Below are positions 36,090 to 40,679 of a stretch of DNA of 40,679 bases, piece by piece. The first letter of the stretch is position 1; each line of letters begins with the position of its first letter. The stretch is from assembly GCA_016875475.1 (NCBI GenBank), contig VGRB01000003.1, positions 1 to 40,679 on the forward strand. Reading direction: 5' to 3'. Under the pieces are notes generated by a model, which saw only the letters and a program-made list of their open reading frames with translations, made no database searches and was not told the DNA's origin. A program made the translations under genes and the position numbers. This DNA comes from Deltaproteobacteria bacterium. Its GTDB lineage: Bacteria; Myxococcota_A; UBA9042; DTJE01.

Positions 36090-37073
36090 ATGATCGTGTC
36101 GCGCGCTCCGGTCCGGCTCTCGATGGGCGGGGGGGGCACGGACCTGCCGTCGTACTACCGGCGGCACGGCGGCTTCCTGATGGCCGCGGCGATCGACCGC
36201 TACGTGCACGTCGCCGCGAACCGCCGGTTCAACCGCGAGATCCGCCTCGCGTACTCGAAGACCGAGATCGTCTCGTCGGTGGACGAGATCGAGCACCCGA
36301 TCTTCCGCGAGGGGCTCCGGCTGACCGGCGTCACGGAGCAGATCGAGCTGGCGTCGGTCGCGGACATCCCGGCGAACTGCGGGCTCGGCACGTCGTCCAC
36401 GTTCACGGTCGCGATGCTGAACGCGCTCTACTCGTATCGCCGAGAATACCTGTCGCTTCGGGACCTCGCGGAGGCGGCGTGCGGGATCGAGATCGGGCGA
36501 GCGGGGCGGCCGATCGGCAAGCAGGACCAGTACGCGGCCGCGTACGGGGGGTTCAACGCCTACACGTTCGCGACCGACGGGACCGTGACCGTCGAGAAGG
36601 TCGCGATCAAGGACGAGCACCTGCGCGACCTCCAGAACAACATGGTGATGTTCTGGCTCGGGATCGAGCGCTCCGCGGCCGAGGTGCTGTCGGTCCAGGA
36701 CAAGGCGAGCCGCGAGGGGGACGAGGCGACCATCGCGCGGCTGGGGAGGATCAAGGACATCGGGCTTCACACGCGCCGGCTGTTCGAGGAGGGCCGGATC
36801 GACGAGTTCGGCGAGGTGATGCACGAGCACTGGGAGACCAAGCGGCGCCTGTCCTCGGCCGTGTCGAATCCCGCGATCGACGAGGCGTACGAGACCGCGC
36901 GTCGCAACGGCGCGCTCGGCGGGAAGGTGGTCGGCGCGGGCGGCGGGGGGTTCCTGCTGGTCTACTGCCCCGGGTCGAAGCAGGGGCTGGTTGCGGCGAT
37001 GGAGAAGCTCGGGCTCCAGCCGACGTGGGTGAGGTTCGAGTTCGAGGGCGCGAAGGTCGTGTACCAGCACTAG
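36090..37073 (+). CDS. hddA: D-glycero-D-manno-heptose-7-phosphate kinase (HddA, GHMP family)
   Basis: RAPVRLSMGGGGTD, GLGTSS, GKQDQYAAAYGG, GGKVVGAGGGGF. Confidence 0.88.
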   Translation: MIVSRAPVRLSMGGGGTDLPSYYRRHGGFLMAAAIDRYVHVAANRRFNREIRLAYSKTEIVSSVDEIEHPIFREGLRLTGVTEQIELASVADIPANCGLGTSSTFTVAMLNALYSYRREYLSLRDLAEAACGIEIGRAGRPIGKQDQYAAAYGGFNAYTFATDGTVTVEKVAIKDEHLRDLQNNMVMFWLGIERSAAEVLSVQDKASREGDEATIARLGRIKDIGLHTRRLFEEGRIDEFGEVMHEHWETKRRLSSAVSNPAIDEAYETARRNGALGGKVVGAGGGGFLLVYCPGSKQGLVAAMEKLGLQPTWVRFEFEGAKVVYQH

Positions 37074-37085
37074 CGGAGGCCGGAG

Positions 37086-37757
37086 TTGATCACCGTCGCG
37101 ATGATCACCATGAACGAGGAAGGCGCGGTCGGGAAGGTCATCGCGGACATCCGTGCCGCGGTCCCGGACGCCGAGGTCCTGGTGGTGGACTCGTCGAAGG
37201 ACCGCACGCCCGAGATCGCGGAGGCCGCCGGGGCGCGCGTGATCCGCCAGTTCCCGCCGCAGGGCTACGGCCGCGCCATGGACCTCGCGCTGCGCTCGGC
37301 GAAGGGCGACGTGGTGGTGACGCTCGACTGCGACGACACGTACCCGGTGTCCATGATCCGGCCGATGGCGGAGCGGGTGCTGTCCGGGGCCGCGGCCCTC
37401 GTGGACGGGAACCGCGTGCACCGGAAGCCGGAGGCGATGCCCTGGCTGAACTACGCGGCCAACCGCGGGTTCGCGGCGCTCGCGTCCGTGCTGATGATGC
37501 GGTGGGTCGAGGACCTGCACAGCGGGATGCGGGCGTACCGGAAGTCCCTGATCGACGAGATGGCCTGCGACCCGTCCGGCCCCGCGCTGCCGGTCGAGCT
37601 GCTGCTCCGGCCGATCTCGATGGGGCGGCGGGTCGAGGTCGTGCCGATCGACTACCGCGAGCGGGTGGGCGCATCGACCATGCAGCCGCTGCCGTCAGCG
37701 TGGTGGACGCTGAAGCGGATCGTGCGGGTTCGGATCCACGGCGGCGCGAAGGGGTAG
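37086..37757 (+). CDS. GT2 glycosyltransferase, Dpm1/Ppm1-like polyprenol-phosphate type
   Basis: TMNEE, VVDSSKDRT, GYGRA, TLDCDDTYP, DLHSGMR, PIDYRERVG. Confidence 0.88.
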   Translation: MITVAMITMNEEGAVGKVIADIRAAVPDAEVLVVDSSKDRTPEIAEAAGARVIRQFPPQGYGRAMDLALRSAKGDVVVTLDCDDTYPVSMIRPMAERVLSGAAALVDGNRVHRKPEAMPWLNYAANRGFAALASVLMMRWVEDLHSGMRAYRKSLIDEMACDPSGPALPVELLLRPISMGRRVEVVPIDYRERVGASTMQPLPSAWWTLKRIVRVRIHGGAKG

Positions 37758-37760
37758 CGA

Positions 37761-39041
37761 ATGAGCATCGGGATCCTGGGCGGGGGCCTCGCGGGCGTGA
37801 GCCTCCAGCGGTTCACCAGCCGGCCGAGCGAGGTGCTGGAAGCCTCGGATCGGCCGGGCGGCCTTTGCCGTTCCTGGGGGCCGGAAGGCTGGACGTTCGA
37901 CGTGGGGGGGCACATCCTGTTCTCGAAGGACGCCTCCGTGTTGGACACGTTCCGCGGCGTCCTCGGCGACAACCTCCACGCCTGCCGCCGCGCGAACCAG
38001 GTCCTCTACCGCGACCGGTTCGTCAAGTACCCGTTCGAGAACGGGCTTTCCGTGCTCGATCGCGAGGAGATCCTCGACTGCCTGCTCGGGTTCCTGGAGA
38101 ACCCCCACCCGGCGCCGGCGAACTTCCGCGAGTGGCTGCTCCACACGTTCGGCGACGGCCTGTGCGGCAAGTACCTGCTGCCGTACAACGAGAAGATATG
38201 GAAGGTCGATCTGGCGACCATGGGCCTGGAGTGGGTCGAGCGCGTGCCGAAGCCCCCGCTCGCGGACGTGCTCAGGAGCGCGCTCGGCATCGAGACCGAG
38301 GGGTACGTGCACCAGTTGAACTTCCTCTACCCGACGCGGGGGGGGATCGAGGCGCTGGTCAGGGGCTTCATGGCTCACGACCGGGCGGCCGTGGCGACGG
38401 GCGCCGAGGTGACGGGCCTCCGCAGGCGGCCGGACGGCTGGGAGGTCGCGACCGCGTCGGGGGCCGCGAGGCACTACGAACGCCTGGTCGTCGCGTGCCC
38501 GGTCGACAAGGCGGTGGGCTGGCTGCCGGACGTGCCGGACGAGGTGCGCGCGGCCGCGGCCGGCCTGGTCCGGAACACCGTCCGGGTGGTGCTGGTCGGC
38601 GCCTGCAACGAGTCGCTGCTCGACAAGAGCGCGGTCTACATCCCCGATCCGACCGTGCTCCCGCACCGCGTGTGCTACATGGCGTTCTTCTCGCGCCACA
38701 ACGCCCCGCCCGGGTGCTCGTCGCTCATCGCCGAGGTGACCGCGCGCCCGGGCAGCGAGTGGGACGTGGCGAGCGATGCCGCCGTCACCGAGCGCGTCGT
38801 CGCCGATCTCGACCGGATCGGCTTCGTCCGCCGCGGGGACGTGGTCGTGACGGAGGTCCGCAACGAGCCGTACGGCTACCCGGTCTACGACCTCCGCCAC
38901 GCCCGCAACCAGCGCGTGCTGCGCGAGTACTTCGCGGGGCTCGGCATCGACCTGCTCGGGCGCTGGGGGGAGTGGGACTACATCAACATGGACGAGGTCG
39001 TCCGCCGGAGCCGCGCGCTGGCGGCGCGGCTGGACGGGTAG
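37761..39041 (+). CDS. FAD-dependent oxidoreductase, UDP-galactopyranose-mutase/HemY-like family
   Basis: ILGGGLAG, GGLCRS, FDVGGHILF, PYNEKIW, FLYP-x-x-GG, YPVYD, GRWGEWDYINMD. Confidence 0.8.
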   Translation: MSIGILGGGLAGVSLQRFTSRPSEVLEASDRPGGLCRSWGPEGWTFDVGGHILFSKDASVLDTFRGVLGDNLHACRRANQVLYRDRFVKYPFENGLSVLDREEILDCLLGFLENPHPAPANFREWLLHTFGDGLCGKYLLPYNEKIWKVDLATMGLEWVERVPKPPLADVLRSALGIETEGYVHQLNFLYPTRGGIEALVRGFMAHDRAAVATGAEVTGLRRRPDGWEVATASGAARHYERLVVACPVDKAVGWLPDVPDEVRAAAAGLVRNTVRVVLVGACNESLLDKSAVYIPDPTVLPHRVCYMAFFSRHNAPPGCSSLIAEVTARPGSEWDVASDAAVTERVVADLDRIGFVRRGDVVVTEVRNEPYGYPVYDLRHARNQRVLREYFAGLGIDLLGRWGEWDYINMDEVVRRSRALAARLDG

Positions 39042-39137
39042 GGCGCCGGCGCATCCTCATCCTCGTGGCCGCGTGGACCTCGTTGTCCCCGGGGTGGCCG
39101 CCGGCGCACCCGGCCGCGAACGCCGTCAGGATCGCGA

Positions 39138-40415
39138 TCAGGAGCGGCAGGAATCGCACTGCGACGGACCTCCCCGGCCGCGGAGCATGGCGCCGCGCCA
39201 CGCGCGGTCGATGCCGATCGCGCCGAACAGGATCACGATCGGCATCACGGGGTACGTGTAGCGCGCGATCGACAGGGCCGCGGTCGTCACGATCCAGAAG
39301 TACGCGATCACGCCGAGCAGCGTCAGGGCCAGGCGCCGGTCCGCCGCCGGCGGCGCCCGGGACAGGGCGACGAGCCCGAACAGGCCCAGGATCAGGTACG
39401 GGACCTGGATCGCGAGGACCACGTCGTCCCACCGGAGCGAGTCCGTCCCGTACCAGGCCCGGCACGCCTTGATCGCGACCAGGCGCAGCACGGGAAGGGG
39501 ATCCGCCGCCAGCTCGTCGATCAGGGCGCCGGCCACGCCGCCCGTCGCCGCGCCGTCGATCCTCGCCCGGATGCGGGTCTGGACCTCGACGACCTCCGGG
39601 GACGGGGCGCGTCCGGGCTCGCGGGAGGGCCCCAGCGCGAAGGTCAGGCCGTCCGCCAGCGCCGCCGGCCCGAGAGGCGACACCGGGACGAAGCGCAGAA
39701 GGGCCGCCGAGGCGTGAACGGACCACGGCGCGACGAACGCGAGCCAGCACGCCAGGAACAGGACGGCCCGGGTCGCGCGGACCCGGCGGCTGCCGCTGCC
39801 GGAAGCCGCGATCCCCACGGCGAGGAGAGGGGGGAGGAAGGCGACGAACGGCCGGACAAGCGCCGCCGCCCCGAAGGCGGCTCCGGCGGCGGCGAACGTG
39901 GCGTGCCGCCCGTGGCGGAGCCCTGCGGCGAGCGCGAGGACGGCGGCCAGGAAGACCGGAACGAACGGCTGCTCGGTCGAGGCCAGCACGTCCGCGTAGA
40001 GGCCGAGCGGGTACGTCGTCCAGAGCAGCGCCGCCAGGAGGGCCGCGCGCGGGCCGGCGAACAACAGGCCGAGACGATGGACGAGGACGGACGAGAGCAC
40101 GGCGCAGAACGCGTTGAACGCGAAGACCAGCTCCGGCATGCCCGCGCCGGTTGCGCGCGAGGTCGCGAGGAGCGCGGCCAGCACGGCGGGGTAGCCGGGC
40201 GGCGTCCTCGTGGCGGGTTCCCCGTCTGGCGCGACGAGGCCGCGGCCGTCGGCCAGGCTCTCGGCAACCGGGAAGTAGTGGTGGACGTAGTCGTGGCTCT
40301 CGGCGCCGAGGCCCGCCGCCGTTGCGACGACCACGACCCCCGCGTTCACCGCGAGGGACGCCGCGACCACCCACGCCAGGGCGCGAGAGGAGCCGCCTGT
40401 CGTGCCGTCCGCCAT
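39138..40415 (-). CDS. GT-C (ArnT/PMT-like) integral membrane glycosyltransferase
   Basis: GGAGG RBS. HDY...AESLADGRG...RTPPGYPAVLA, STEQPF, LVRP, ARYTYP. Many TM helices. Confidence 0.75.
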   Translation of the reverse strand: MADGTTGGSSRALAWVVAASLAVNAGVVVVATAAGLGAESHDYVHHYFPVAESLADGRGLVAPDGEPATRTPPGYPAVLAALLATSRATGAGMPELVFAFNAFCAVLSSVLVHRLGLLFAGPRAALLAALLWTTYPLGLYADVLASTEQPFVPVFLAAVLALAAGLRHGRHATFAAAGAAFGAAALVRPFVAFLPPLLAVGIAASGSGSRRVRATRAVLFLACWLAFVAPWSVHASAALLRFVPVSPLGPAALADGLTFALGPSREPGRAPSPEVVEVQTRIRARIDGAATGGVAGALIDELAADPLPVLRLVAIKACRAWYGTDSLRWDDVVLAIQVPYLILGLFGLVALSRAPPAADRRLALTLLGVIAYFWIVTTAALSIARYTYPVMPIVILFGAIGIDRAWRGAMLRGRGGPSQCDSCRS

Positions 40416-40589
40416 GTCGACCGGCCTCCGGATCGCGGCGATCATAGCGCGACATCGTCAGTCACCCATCCTGTCAGTGAGCATTCCGCGCTGTCGCCAG
40501 GCCCGCGCGGCAGGCGGTCCCGAACGACACCCGTCGGGATTCGTACCCCACGCCCCGGACCCCGGCAGGCCCCAGGGGCATCGATCGGA

Positions 40590-40679
40590 GGGGGGCGCGG
40601 CTCGCCCCCCTGCCCGCCGCCCCGCGTTGCGGGGCGCGGGCCACCCCCCTTGCGCGGCCGCCTTGCGGCCGCCGAGCGC
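40590..40679 (-). repeat. Multi-hairpin GC-rich repeat element, copy 2 (runs off window end)
   Basis: Hairpins GGGGGGCG-cggct-CGCCCCCC, GCCCCGC-gtt-GCGGGGC and GCGGCCGC-ctt-GCGGCCGC. Positions 40632-40679 are an identical inverted copy of 17405-17452. Confidence 0.8.

Noticed and set aside
37761-39041. Protoporphyrinogen oxidase (hemY) annotation
   Set aside because: Sugar-pathway context and the PYNEKIW / GRWGEWDYINMD motifs fit the mutase-like branch better.
40440-40590. tRNA or other known RNA gene at the right end
   Set aside because: No cloverleaf, T-loop (GTTCRA) or recognisable Rfam motif was seen.

Overview
This 40.7-kb window is very GC-rich bacterial DNA. The myxobacteria-style Cys-rich lipoprotein, sigma54 activator and PilT suggest a Myxococcota/deltaproteobacterial-like host (inference). 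From left to right it holds six blocks. (1) A PAS/sigma54 activator and a PqqD-like gene, with a -24/-12 promoter and three GTAGCR-N4-YGCTAC palindromes. (2) A decayed, less GC-biased TcmP + DUF5131 pair joined head-to-head to a truncated gene carrying a DnaK subdomain-IIB-like segment. (3) An argH-aroB-aroDE-aroA-aroC(+chorismate-mutase-like tail)-aroF-trpEGD(CF)BA supra-operon that lacks aroK. (4) A nucleotidyltransferase/small-protein pair. (5) A convergent pair of cyclic-nucleotide-binding genes (a tandem-CNB protein and a CNB/PilB-N-domain/PilT fusion) that share an identical 15-bp promoter core. (6) An ~18-kb glycosylation locus with a dTDP-4-amino-4,6-dideoxyhexose pathway, a GDP-heptose pathway with its own transaldolase, epimerase and flavin mutase-like enzyme, two polyprenol-phosphate GT2s, two GT-C enzymes (one with a jacalin-like domain) and a surface lipoprotein. 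I saw no rRNA, tRNA, CRISPR array, integrase or transposase. All protein calls come from motif recognition by eye; no database searches were run.
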